Source of the DNA: Dehalococcoidia bacterium
GTDB lineage: Bacteria > Chloroflexota > Dehalococcoidia > Plut-88900
NCBI GenBank assembly: GCA_965197585.1
Contig: OZ240215.1
Coordinates: 96,001 to 160,000 of the forward strand
Direction of reading: 5' to 3'
Length of the DNA: 64,000 bases
Below, in pieces: positions 9,723-18,177 of the stretch. The notes beneath the pieces are model-generated. The model worked only from the letters and a program-made list of their open reading frames with translations. It did no database searches and was not told where the DNA came from. A program made the translations under genes and the position numbers. Within the stretch, counting starts at the first letter, position 1; each line of letters opens with the position of its first letter.

Positions 9723-10730
9723 TTATTCTATTTCGCCGGTCTCGAAGATATGCGGCCCGAGGATTCCCAGCAATCCACTCGCAGCCAAATGCACCGTCCG
9801 ACCCGTCGGGTCTAGAGGCGGGGCCACTTCACAAATGTCTATTGCCTTGATGATGTCGTAGCTGGAAAGGGCTTCCATCATTTCCAGGAACTCCACGCCG
9901 GTGATTCCCGTGAATATCGGTGCCCCCGTCCCTGGTGACTCCGACCCATCCACCACGTCGATGTCTATCGTCACGTAGACAGCGTCCACACTGTGCCCCA
10001 CCACTTCCATCGCACTCCTCACAATTTCCGCCGGTCCCTGCTCCCGGATCATCTTGGCCGTGGTGACCTGCATGCCCCCCGACCTGAATATTCGGTGCTG
10101 CGCCGGATCGATTACCGATCCGTTTAGCCCGACCCACGCCATGTTGGTATAGGAGATGTGGGTGTCCTCGCTGAGCCGCCGGGCCTGCGTCCCGTGAGTG
10201 TACTTCCCCCCGACGCCGTGAACGTCCCGGAAGTCAGGGTGACTGTCGATATGCAGATACCCGAGCCTCGGGGACCCGCCCCGCTCCGACATCCCTTTCG
10301 AGAAGCCTGCAAATCCCGGGTAGGCCACGTAATGGTCGCCGCCAAGGAGTACTGGTACACCCCCTCTCTTCACAACATCGGCGACGCCCTTGATAACGAT
10401 TTCGGTCGTGTCCCGCATGTCCGTGGGGTTGATGTCGAAATCACCAATGTCGATGAGGGGTGGAGAGGCTACGGGCTTTCGCCAGATGCCGGTTTCCACG
10501 TCCATAAGGGTGTTCTCTGCTGAAACCTCGTAAGCCCCCCGATGCTGCATGGAGGCCTCACGGATGCCGCGGGGGCCGTACCGAGCCCCGGGCCGCCCTG
10601 TGACTACCCCCTGGTCTATCGGCACTCCCGCCACGACCAATGTTCCTTCCTCAACGTCCTCCACGCCCGCGATCTTGCCGCTGAAGAAAGAGGGGAAACC
10701 TGTGTATGACGTGTACAGCTTGCCTGCCAT
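9723..10730 (-). CDS. Ureohydrolase (agmatinase/guanidinase-like) family protein
   Basis: GARYGPRGIR, GGDH, DSHPD, HGT, DIDVVD metal-binding motifs. Confidence 0.9.
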   Translation of the reverse strand: MAGKLYTSYTGFPSFFSGKIAGVEDVEEGTLVVAGVPIDQGVVTGRPGARYGPRGIREASMQHRGAYEVSAENTLMDVETGIWRKPVASPPLIDIGDFDINPTDMRDTTEIVIKGVADVVKRGGVPVLLGGDHYVAYPGFAGFSKGMSERGGSPRLGYLHIDSHPDFRDVHGVGGKYTHGTQARRLSEDTHISYTNMAWVGLNGSVIDPAQHRIFRSGGMQVTTAKMIREQGPAEIVRSAMEVVGHSVDAVYVTIDIDVVDGSESPGTGAPIFTGITGVEFLEMMEALSSYDIIKAIDICEVAPPLDPTGRTVHLAASGLLGILGPHIFETGEIE

Positions 10731-10782
10731 CGGTTGACCTCCGGGACTGGGTTAGTTTTGGTTGTGGTCTTTCGAATAGGAC

Positions 10783-11823
10783 CTAGGGCTCTACAATCGA
10801 CTCGATAACCGACGTACTCGAATGTCCATGAGAGAATATAGGCACCATCGCCGAGACCGCACCTCCCGTACCCCCCGCCACGTACAGGTGCAATTGCTCG
10901 GGTAACGTGGGAACGGATCGCTCCTCACTGACCGGGTCTTCGAACGGTGTGACGCCGCCCAGCTCATATGCCCGCTCGGCGTCGAATACCAGCCCCGGGC
11001 TCATTTCGTTCACGCGCTCTGCTATATATTCCTTGATCTCGGCCTTTGTCATGCCCGCGGGCGCTATATTGAAAAGATGCTCGCCGCTGATGATTAACAC
11101 CAACTCGCCGTGGCAATTGATGTTCGCGGCTATGGCATGGCTGATCGTGTCCAGGATCGCCTTGGGCGAGTTGTCGGCGTAGTTGAACACCGGGATTGGG
11201 GGCAGAGCGGGGAAAAGGCTTACTGTACTCGTCGATGGATCGAAACCCTTCTCGACATGATACGGTTCCCAGATGCTGCTCTCCTCATCCTCCGCGATGC
11301 AGCAGGTGTAACGCGCCGGGCTCCCGAACGCCGACTTGTCCGTCACGCCCGGTATCTCCCCGCAAACGTTCATCAATATCAGCCGCAGCGTCCGCCCGAT
11401 AGTTGAGTTCGCCCGCCACCCGGGCCCGAACAGGTTCCACCCGGAGTTGATGTCCAGCTTCTTCCGGATGGGCCCATTCACCACGATCATCGGCGCCGAC
11501 ATTCCGGATGTCGTCTCGCTTATGCCTGAGAGGTTGAACTCCGGCTTTAGCATCGCCCTCACAGCGGCCGCAACTACCGGAGCGTACTCAGCCTTGCAGC
11601 CGGCCATTATGGCGTTGACGGCAACCTTCTGAGCGGTGACGATCCAGTTCCGGCTCTCCCGTGTCCCGAGCACCTCATCAGGCGAGAGCCCCCCGGCTTC
11701 GAGGAATGCCTGCACGGCCTCCGCGGTGGGGGGCACGACGGGCAGGCCATCAGTCAAGCCCTGTTCGAAGAAATACTCGATTGCCTGGATAGTATCGGGA
11801 AGCTCTGTGCCCTTGGTCGTCAT
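10783..11823 (-). CDS. Conserved ~346-aa 'TDGLPVVPPT' protein (UGSC-associated family), paralog 1
   Basis: Shares TDGLPVVPPT, KVAVNAIMAGCK, RANSTIGRTLRL and DKSAFG with 11833..12873 and 17134..18177. Confidence 0.85.
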   Translation of the reverse strand: MTTKGTELPDTIQAIEYFFEQGLTDGLPVVPPTAEAVQAFLEAGGLSPDEVLGTRESRNWIVTAQKVAVNAIMAGCKAEYAPVVAAAVRAMLKPEFNLSGISETTSGMSAPMIVVNGPIRKKLDINSGWNLFGPGWRANSTIGRTLRLILMNVCGEIPGVTDKSAFGSPARYTCCIAEDEESSIWEPYHVEKGFDPSTSTVSLFPALPPIPVFNYADNSPKAILDTISHAIAANINCHGELVLIISGEHLFNIAPAGMTKAEIKEYIAERVNEMSPGLVFDAERAYELGGVTPFEDPVSEERSVPTLPEQLHLYVAGGTGGAVSAMVPIFSHGHSSTSVIESIVEP

Positions 11824-11832
11824 GATCTCTTT

Positions 11833-12873
11833 CTAGGCCGCGGATACGGGTTCAAGTACGCTTTTACTCAGAACGCCCTGTCCCCACAACGGAATAATCG
11901 TGGAATGTCCGCCGCCCTCTCCACCTGCGACCAGCAGGGTAATGCCTTCAGGAGTGGTGGAAATGCCCGAGTCGTCCGGGTCATCGGTGCCCGGGTACCA
12001 GGTCCCGCCCAGCGCCCCGATCCGCTCCCGTTCGTAGGCGAACTGAGGCTGAAACTCGTTGGCTCGCTTGGCCAGGTATTCCTTGACGTCCTGCTTGCTC
12101 CATCCCGCCGGCCCGATGTTCTGCGCGTGCTCGGGGCTCATTATGAGCATTACTGGCCCGTGGCAGACCAGGTTGGCGGCGATGGTGTGGCTCAGCGTGT
12201 CGAGAATCTGCTCCGGGATCGGGTCCGACTGGTTGAACACCTCCATTGGATGACAGACAGGGAAAAGGCCCACCGCACTCGACTCAAGCGCCATCCCCCG
12301 CTCGACGTGATACGGCTCCCATGGGCTCGCTTCTTCGTTCTCAGCTATGCAGAAGGTGTACCGCCCCGGGTGCCCGAACGTCGACTTATCTGTCACACCC
12401 GGAATTTCCCTGCATACGTTCATCAGCACGAGCCTGAGAGTACGGCCGATGGTAGCGTTGGCCCGCCACCCGGGCCCGAACAGGTTCCATCCCCCGTTGA
12501 CGTTTAGTTCCTTGCGGATTGGGCCGTTCACTACGATAAGTGGCGCCGAGGTCCCTGCCGTCTCCGCGATGGCGGATGCGTTGAACTCGGGCTTCAGTAG
12601 AGCCCGTATGGACGCAAGCACAACTGGTGCGTATTCGGCCTTGCAGCCCGCCATCACAGCGTTGACCGCCACTTTCTGAGCGGTCACGACCCAGTTACGG
12701 CTCGCCCGAGTCCCTATCACCTCCCCGGGCTCCGTACCCCCAGCCTCCAAAAACGCGCCCACGGTTTCCGCCGTAGGAGGCACGACAGGGAGGCCGTCTG
12801 TCATTCCCTGCTCGTAGAAATACTCAATCGCCTCGACGGTATCCGGTAATTGAATTCCGGCGGATTCGCTCAA
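11833..12873 (-). CDS. Conserved ~346-aa 'TDGLPVVPPT' protein, paralog 2
   Basis: Same motifs; tandem with paralog 1 (9-bp gap); TTG start after GGAGG. Confidence 0.85.
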   Translation of the reverse strand: MSESAGIQLPDTVEAIEYFYEQGMTDGLPVVPPTAETVGAFLEAGGTEPGEVIGTRASRNWVVTAQKVAVNAVMAGCKAEYAPVVLASIRALLKPEFNASAIAETAGTSAPLIVVNGPIRKELNVNGGWNLFGPGWRANATIGRTLRLVLMNVCREIPGVTDKSTFGHPGRYTFCIAENEEASPWEPYHVERGMALESSAVGLFPVCHPMEVFNQSDPIPEQILDTLSHTIAANLVCHGPVMLIMSPEHAQNIGPAGWSKQDVKEYLAKRANEFQPQFAYERERIGALGGTWYPGTDDPDDSGISTTPEGITLLVAGGEGGGHSTIIPLWGQGVLSKSVLEPVSAA

Positions 12874-12906
12874 GATGACCTCCCGGTCTCCGTGTGTGTT
12901 GTCCGA

Positions 12907-13010
12907 TCCCCTCTCCCTGGATGAGACCTTTGCGTAACCTCGATGGGAAGGGTAAGGGTCGGTGTCCTATACCCTCTCCCTTGATGGGAGAGGGCTAGGG
13001 TGAGGGTGAA
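12907..13010. repeat. Two family-A REP-like palindromes, the first holding a solo 17-bp MITE end
   Basis: GAGACCTTTGCGTAACC (12923-12939) sits in the hairpin loop; canonical copy at 12972-13010. Confidence 0.75.
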
Positions 13011-13067
13011 AGAACATTCTCCCAGAACAACCTTGCATACGTATTCACGCCTCAGGCGTGGCAACCC

Positions 13068-14102
13068 CTAATTCCGGAAATGAGGCATGATCTCTTCACT
13101 GAACTTACGCATCATGCCTATCTTGTCGAAGATCGTGAAGAGGACGGTGGAGATGGTGGTAACGCCCATGTTGCCCAATTCCTCGATCTGCTGCCTGATC
13201 CCCTCCGACGGACCTGTGAGGTGGTAGGTGTCGATCATCCTTTGGGTGACGAGCTTGGCATGAGGCGCGTCAACGTGTTCATGGAAATACTCGTTGTAGG
13301 CCTTGGCCGCGTTCGCCGAGTCACTCATCAGCTCTTCCACTATCCCCGGCTCCCGATGCTCCATCCGCCTCCGAAGATCATGAATCTCCGGTACGTCCCG
13401 GCTGAAGAACTGGTGCATTTTGATGTACATCGTCGGGTACGACGAAACCTCTTTACGCGCCTCCTCCTTGGTATCGGAAATGTAGGTCATGTTGCGGCAC
13501 CAGATGTCTATCTCCCCCGGGTCCCGACCCGCCTCTTCCGCTCCCTGGTGTATCAACTCCACCCGCCACTTCGCCATCTCCGGATGCACCCCAATGAAAA
13601 TGGCCCCGTCGGCTATCTTTCCCGCCAGCTTGCACAGCTTCGGCCCGTCCACTGCCAGGTAAATGGGAACCTTGGACTTTGACCACTCCGAGTGCATCTT
13701 GGCCCCCTGCCACTCCACCTCTTCCCCGGCCATGTAACCCCGCAGAAAATTAATAGCCTTTTCTACCTCCTTGGTGGTACGGGGCCGCATCGATTTACCG
13801 AACCGCCCCCCCGCCCCCAGCCCCAGAATCGCCCTCCCCCCCGACACTTCGTTCAGGGTGGCATGGCCCGTCGCAGTGACCGACGGGTGGTAGGTTATCG
13901 GGTCCGTGACCGCGGACATCAACCCGATACGTTTAGTGCTCAGCGCCGCTATGGTCAGGCTGGAATACATGTCCCGGGACAGGTTCGGCTGGTCTACCCA
14001 CCCCATCATGGAAAAACCACACTCCTCGGCTGCCCTGGCGTGGGCCGGGATGTCGTAGGCAGGTATATTCCGCCCCATCCCGACAGTGAAATTCATCTTC
14101 AT
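13068..14102 (-). CDS. LLM-class (luciferase-like, flavin or F420) oxidoreductase
   Basis: ARAAEECGF, ALSTKRIGL..VTDPITYHP, SGGRAILGLGAG, AGKIADG. Confidence 0.9.
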   Translation of the reverse strand: MKMNFTVGMGRNIPAYDIPAHARAAEECGFSMMGWVDQPNLSRDMYSSLTIAALSTKRIGLMSAVTDPITYHPSVTATGHATLNEVSGGRAILGLGAGGRFGKSMRPRTTKEVEKAINFLRGYMAGEEVEWQGAKMHSEWSKSKVPIYLAVDGPKLCKLAGKIADGAIFIGVHPEMAKWRVELIHQGAEEAGRDPGEIDIWCRNMTYISDTKEEARKEVSSYPTMYIKMHQFFSRDVPEIHDLRRRMEHREPGIVEELMSDSANAAKAYNEYFHEHVDAPHAKLVTQRMIDTYHLTGPSEGIRQQIEELGNMGVTTISTVLFTIFDKIGMMRKFSEEIMPHFRN

Positions 14103-14168
14103 GCTTGGCGTATCTCCTTAATTGATCTCTGCATAATCCCAACAAATCGTGCTGTGGGTGGTGTCCAG

Positions 14169-14208
14169 TCCCCTCTCCCTTGATGAGAGAGGGCTAGGGT
14201 GAGGGTGA
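14169..14208. repeat. Family-A REP-like palindrome
   Basis: TCCCCTCTCCCTTGATGAGAGAGGGCTAGGGTGAGGGTGA. Confidence 0.8.
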
Positions 14209-14289
14209 TTTAAGTATTGCAACACCAGCTACTCAGATGTCTGGTGGGCATTATAGGCTTTGTCGGTTTCGGTCCGTAGACACATTGGC

Positions 14290-14979
14290 CTAGTGCGGCA
14301 TCTTCCTCGCGGCTGCCCGGTACCGGCAGAACTCGCACCTGCGGGCCGAGGGCGGAGGCTCGGGGAGGTCAAGCAAGGTGACAACTTCGCTGAGAAAGGC
14401 ATCGAACGCGGCATCGTCACGGGGCATCTCCTTCCACTCCACATTGCCGCTATAGGATATCCGGCCTTGGGCGTCCCTAACAAGCGCGTCGGGTTCCACG
14501 CAGACGAGACCAAGCCGGGTGATGGGAGAGAGGGCCAAATTGCCGGGCGCGGCGCGCTCCAGCGCATAGGCGTAGGCGTGGAGCTGCCGTGTGTAGAGAG
14601 GCAGGTGACCGCTCTGTGTAGACGTGGTCTTGAAGTCGATAATTCCGTAGCTGCCGTCCTCAAACTCCAGCACCGAGTCAAAACGCCCGCGGATAAAACA
14701 CGTGGACGCCCGGCCTGGCAGTGCAATGGGCCTGGACTCGACCCAACTCTCTCCGTACTTCACCAACCCCGGCGGCAGTGTGTCCGAAATCTCCGCATTC
14801 GGCCTGTCGTTGAAGTATTCGTTCATCAGCCGGTCGATGACGCTGAAGATACCGGGGAAAGGAGTTCGGGGTCGGTAGAAGCCTCGAGCGACCTTAAGAT
14901 AGAAGCAACGCTTGCACTCCTCCCAGAGAAAAGCGAAGTCCGAGGGGCTGAGTTTCCAACTTTTTGTCGAAGTGGTCAT
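14290..14979 (-). CDS. PD-(D/E)XK nuclease superfamily protein
   Basis: LSPS..C.RCF N-terminus, GRFD, IIDFKT, QLHAYAYAL, C-terminal CEFC. ATG 14979 overlaps the upstream TGA (ATGA). Confidence 0.85.
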   Translation of the reverse strand: MTTSTKSWKLSPSDFAFLWEECKRCFYLKVARGFYRPRTPFPGIFSVIDRLMNEYFNDRPNAEISDTLPPGLVKYGESWVESRPIALPGRASTCFIRGRFDSVLEFEDGSYGIIDFKTTSTQSGHLPLYTRQLHAYAYALERAAPGNLALSPITRLGLVCVEPDALVRDAQGRISYSGNVEWKEMPRDDAAFDAFLSEVVTLLDLPEPPPSARRCEFCRYRAAARKMPH

Positions 14980-15344
14980 AAAGTGGGAGTGGCGAACAGG
15001 GGCGCGACACCCCAATGCTCGGCAATCTTGCCCTGCTCCACGCGGATGGTGTGTACTCCGGCCGAGACGGGACTCGGGCCTCCGCCGCACTCCTCCAGAA
15101 TCAAGGCTACAATACCTTCCCGGGCCCGTAACTCCGATATAGCGTAGTCCGATCCGCTCCCAAACAGACGTCGGGAGGCCAGAGACTGCTTCAACACCTC
15201 TCGGTCGGAGGGAAGCCCCGGAGGGCCCGCGTGTTCTCTAAAATCGGCGGACACCAGATCGTCAATGAGAATCATGCAGCTTTGGTTGGCAACTTCCTCC
15301 ACCAACCGCCGCACTACCTCGCAGTCCGCCGAGGCCTTCATCAT
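14976..15344 (-). CDS. SnoaL/NTF2-like (ester cyclase-like) protein
   Basis: VVRRLVEEV.NQ...LIDDLVSADFREH...R.EQGKIAEHWG pattern; this is the real 3' part of the long 14976..16436 ORF. Confidence 0.65.
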   Translation of the reverse strand: MMKASADCEVVRRLVEEVANQSCMILIDDLVSADFREHAGPPGLPSDREVLKQSLASRRLFGSGSDYAISELRAREGIVALILEECGGGPSPVSAGVHTIRVEQGKIAEHWGVAPLFATPTL

Positions 15345-15379
15345 TTCCCTCGACAGAACCCTTTGAAGTATGTCATTCC

Positions 15380-16435
15380 TGTAAGTGTTAGGTAATTCGT
15401 TGACAGATTGGTATAAGAGGCCAACACCAATCTGGAGGCGAGAATGCGAGACAATAGCAAGGACCTCACCCTTGAACGTAACTACATTCAGAAGTGGCGG
15501 TTCCTCATCCATGAGTATCAACTGGTCAAGGCAGGGAAGCATCCCCGTTTCCGCTTCGCCCAGGACTTCTACTCCTTCCACGGCACTAGCCGTCAGACCT
15601 TTGCCAAGTACTACAACCGGTTCCTCCTCTCCCCCTCCGACAACGCCTTCCTCCCCCGTAAGCGGGGTCCCGGGTGGAAGTCCCGCCGCACCCTGCCCTA
15701 CATTGAGCAGAAGGTCATCAACGAGCGCCTTAACGGTACCAACCGTTACGAGATCTATGCCATACTCAAACCCATCCTTAAACACAACACCCCTAAGCCC
15801 TCCACCATCTACGCCATCACCAGACGCCACGGTTTCAATAGGCTCACAAAGCCGATGCAGCAGTCGAAGCGCAAGATCATCAAGACCCGGGCAGGAGAGC
15901 TGGGCCACCTGGACAGCCACTACCTCAGCCGGGATACCATCGTGGGCACCAAGCACCGCTACTACCTGGTGGGCCTCATCGACGCCTACACCCGTCTGGC
16001 CTGGGCCGAAGTGGTCGGAGACATCAAGAGTCTCTCCGTTATGTTTGCTACTCTGAAGTCCATCAATTTCCTTAACGTGGAGTACGGCATCCAATTCGAG
16101 GCCATCCTCACCGACAACGGCCCCGAGATGGCCTCCCCAAGGAACACCGAGGGCCACCCCATGGAACGGATGCTCAATGAGCTGGGCATAAAGCACCGCT
16201 ACACCCGCCCTTATAGGCCCCAGACCAACGGGAAGATAGAGCGGTTCTGGAGAACCTTGAACGAGGACCTGCTGGAGGGGACAACCTTCGAATCGGTCTC
16301 GGAACTGAAGGACGAGCTTCAGCAATACCTGATCTACTACAATACTCAGAGACCCCACCAGGCAATGGACGGAAAGACCCCTTTGGAGACCCTTAAATCC
16401 ACCTAATTCTGTCAACGAATTACCTGACATCCACA
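15380..16435 (+). mobile_element. IS481-family insertion sequence
   Basis: TGT...ACA ends, 28-bp inverted repeats (24/28 match, core AGGTAATTCGTTGACAGA), 5-bp target duplication ATTCC at 15375-15379 and 16436-16440. Confidence 0.92.
15444..16406 (+). CDS. IS481-family DDE transposase (integrase core)
   Basis: GHLD, ILTDNGPEM, HRYTRPYRPQTNGKIERFWRTL, YYNTQRPHQ. Confidence 0.95.
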   Translation: MRDNSKDLTLERNYIQKWRFLIHEYQLVKAGKHPRFRFAQDFYSFHGTSRQTFAKYYNRFLLSPSDNAFLPRKRGPGWKSRRTLPYIEQKVINERLNGTNRYEIYAILKPILKHNTPKPSTIYAITRRHGFNRLTKPMQQSKRKIIKTRAGELGHLDSHYLSRDTIVGTKHRYYLVGLIDAYTRLAWAEVVGDIKSLSVMFATLKSINFLNVEYGIQFEAILTDNGPEMASPRNTEGHPMERMLNELGIKHRYTRPYRPQTNGKIERFWRTLNEDLLEGTTFESVSELKDELQQYLIYYNTQRPHQAMDGKTPLETLKST

Positions 16436-16473
16436 ATTCCGATGCCCCGCGAGGAACCTGGGGCGGGGTCCTG

Positions 16474-16513
16474 TCCCCTCTCCCTTGACGGGAGAGGGCT
16501 AGGGTGAGGGTGA
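16474..16513. repeat. Family-A REP-like palindrome
   Basis: TCCCCTCTCCCTTGACGGGAGAGGGCTAGGGTGAGGGTGA. Confidence 0.8.
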
Positions 16514-16552
16514 TGTCCCGAAATTCACCCCGACACGGCCACCGCAGACGGC

Positions 16553-17104
16553 TTACCCTTCCACTTCCAGAATCTTTAGAATCTGGGGAACGGCCGCCTG
16601 CGCCCGAGCCTTCAGATCCGTCGGGGTCAGCCGTCCGATCGGGTGATGAATTATGACGAATGGATAATCGGGGATGCCCTGTATCTCGGCGATGGCCTTA
16701 GCCTGGTTTACAAACTCGTCCGTGATGAGCACCGCAGAGGGTACGCCCAGTTTTTCGAGCTCAATTCCGTCGTGCAAACTGCACTGAGAGCAGGAGCCTC
16801 AGTCCCCGATCGCTACTACGGCGAAATCGCTCTCCTTTGCCAGCTCGGCCACCGTGTTAACCGGCGCCGGTCGAGACGCGTCAGCCTTGCTGGAAGCCTT
16901 CACGTTCTTCAACTCGAACTGCTCACCCAGCAGGTCTCCGACCATTTCCAGAAGCTCGGTGGCGTTATGCTTGCTGTTGGATAGCAGCCCGAGAACCTTT
17001 CCTTCAAGCTTGCCGGGCCTCGGGGCCATCTCCGCCTCGGCGTGGAGGGACTGGGCCCTGGGGTCCATCACAGTGATGCCCCCGTTCTTGGTCTCGGTTG
17101 TCAT
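16553..17104 (-). CDS. UGSC-family selenoprotein (183 aa, Sec at UGA 16801-16799)
   Basis: In-frame GAC-TGA-GGC-TCC-TGC-TCT-CAG-TGC-AGT-TTG-CAC = D-U-G-S-C-S-Q-C-S-L-H joins ORFs 16799..17104 and 16553..16777; colinear with 6716..7273. Confidence 0.9.
16769..16798 (-). promoter_or_regulatory. Putative bacterial SECIS element
   Basis: Hairpin GTGCA-GTT-TGCAC at +15..+27 after the UGA; loop GU at +20/+21, the same register as in the paralog. Confidence 0.65.
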
Positions 17105-17133
17105 GGCGCGCTCCTTTCCCGTGTGTTGGGACT

Positions 17134-18177
17134 CTACATACCGGGTATTTGCTTGGTTACCGACTTGGTTCCCTTGCCGCCGCCCCAGGGCATAATCGTG
17201 CAGAAAAACCCTCCCGCCGTGCCCCCGGCCACGAGCACCATCAGGTTGTCGGGGCTTTCGACGGCAGCAACGACTTCAGAATCGTCGTGCGATCCTTCCT
17301 CGGGGTCCCAGCCCCGGTCCATGCCGCTCCAGAAGGAATAAGGGCGTTTCGTCGCTTCGAAAAGATAGTTCTTTACGTAGTCCTTGGACAACCCTTCCTC
17401 ACGAATGTGGAGCAGTACCTCAGGGCTGATTACTACCATGAGTTCCCCACCGTTCGGCATCCCGTTGGCCAGGATTCCCCCGGCCAGGGAGTTGAGAATG
17501 CCCTCGGCGGTGTGGCTGCCGTGGTCGCTGCCTTGGATGGGAGCATTCCCCGCGTAGACCGTTACCGCGCTCGATTCCAGCGCCAGCCCGCGCTCCACGT
17601 GGAGCGGAGCCCAGGGGCTGAGCTCTTCGTTTTCGGCGAAGCAGTAGCTGTACTTACCCGGGTGCCCGAACGTCGACTTGTCCAGTATCCCCGGCACCGA
17701 GCCACACACGTTCATAATGATGAGCCGGATCGCCCTGCCTATTGTGGCGTTGGACCTCTTGGTAGGGCCGAACAGGTTGTTGGCGTAGTTGATGTCCAGT
17801 TCCTTCACGATTGGCCCATGTACCAGGACCATGTGGCCCGTGCCCGCCGTGCTCGCCGAGGTTCCGTGAAGGTTGAACTTCTCTTCGCACATCGCCGAGA
17901 TGGCGGTGGCGACGACGGGCATGTATTCGGGTTTGCACCCGGCCATGATGGCGTTGATGGCCACCTTCCCGGCGGTGATCTCCCGCTTGCGGGTCGGTAT
18001 CGTGCCGAGCACGTCCCCAGGAGCCTTGCCGATTGCGTCCAGGAATCGCGTCACCATATCGGGCGTAGGAGGCACGACGGGCAGGCCGTCGGTCAACCCC
18101 TGCTCGAAATAGAACTCGATAGCCTCAACGGTATCCGGTACTTGGAAAGTCTGAGAAACTGACTCGCTTTGCGCCAT
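17134..18177 (-). CDS. Conserved ~347-aa 'TDGLPVVPPT' protein, paralog 3, operonic with a UGSC selenoprotein
   Basis: Same motifs as paralogs 1 and 2; stop is 29 bp upstream of the UGSC start. Confidence 0.85.
   Translation of the reverse strand: MAQSESVSQTFQVPDTVEAIEFYFEQGLTDGLPVVPPTPDMVTRFLDAIGKAPGDVLGTIPTRKREITAGKVAINAIMAGCKPEYMPVVATAISAMCEEKFNLHGTSASTAGTGHMVLVHGPIVKELDINYANNLFGPTKRSNATIGRAIRLIIMNVCGSVPGILDKSTFGHPGKYSYCFAENEELSPWAPLHVERGLALESSAVTVYAGNAPIQGSDHGSHTAEGILNSLAGGILANGMPNGGELMVVISPEVLLHIREEGLSKDYVKNYLFEATKRPYSFWSGMDRGWDPEEGSHDDSEVVAAVESPDNLMVLVAGGTAGGFFCTIMPWGGGKGTKSVTKQIPGM

Noticed and set aside
14290-14979. Cas4 call
   Set aside because: No CRISPR context, and the Cys pattern differs from Cas4.
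14976-16436. 486-aa minus-strand ORF spanning the IS481
   Set aside because: Mostly the antisense shadow of the transposase; only 14976..15344 looks like a real protein.
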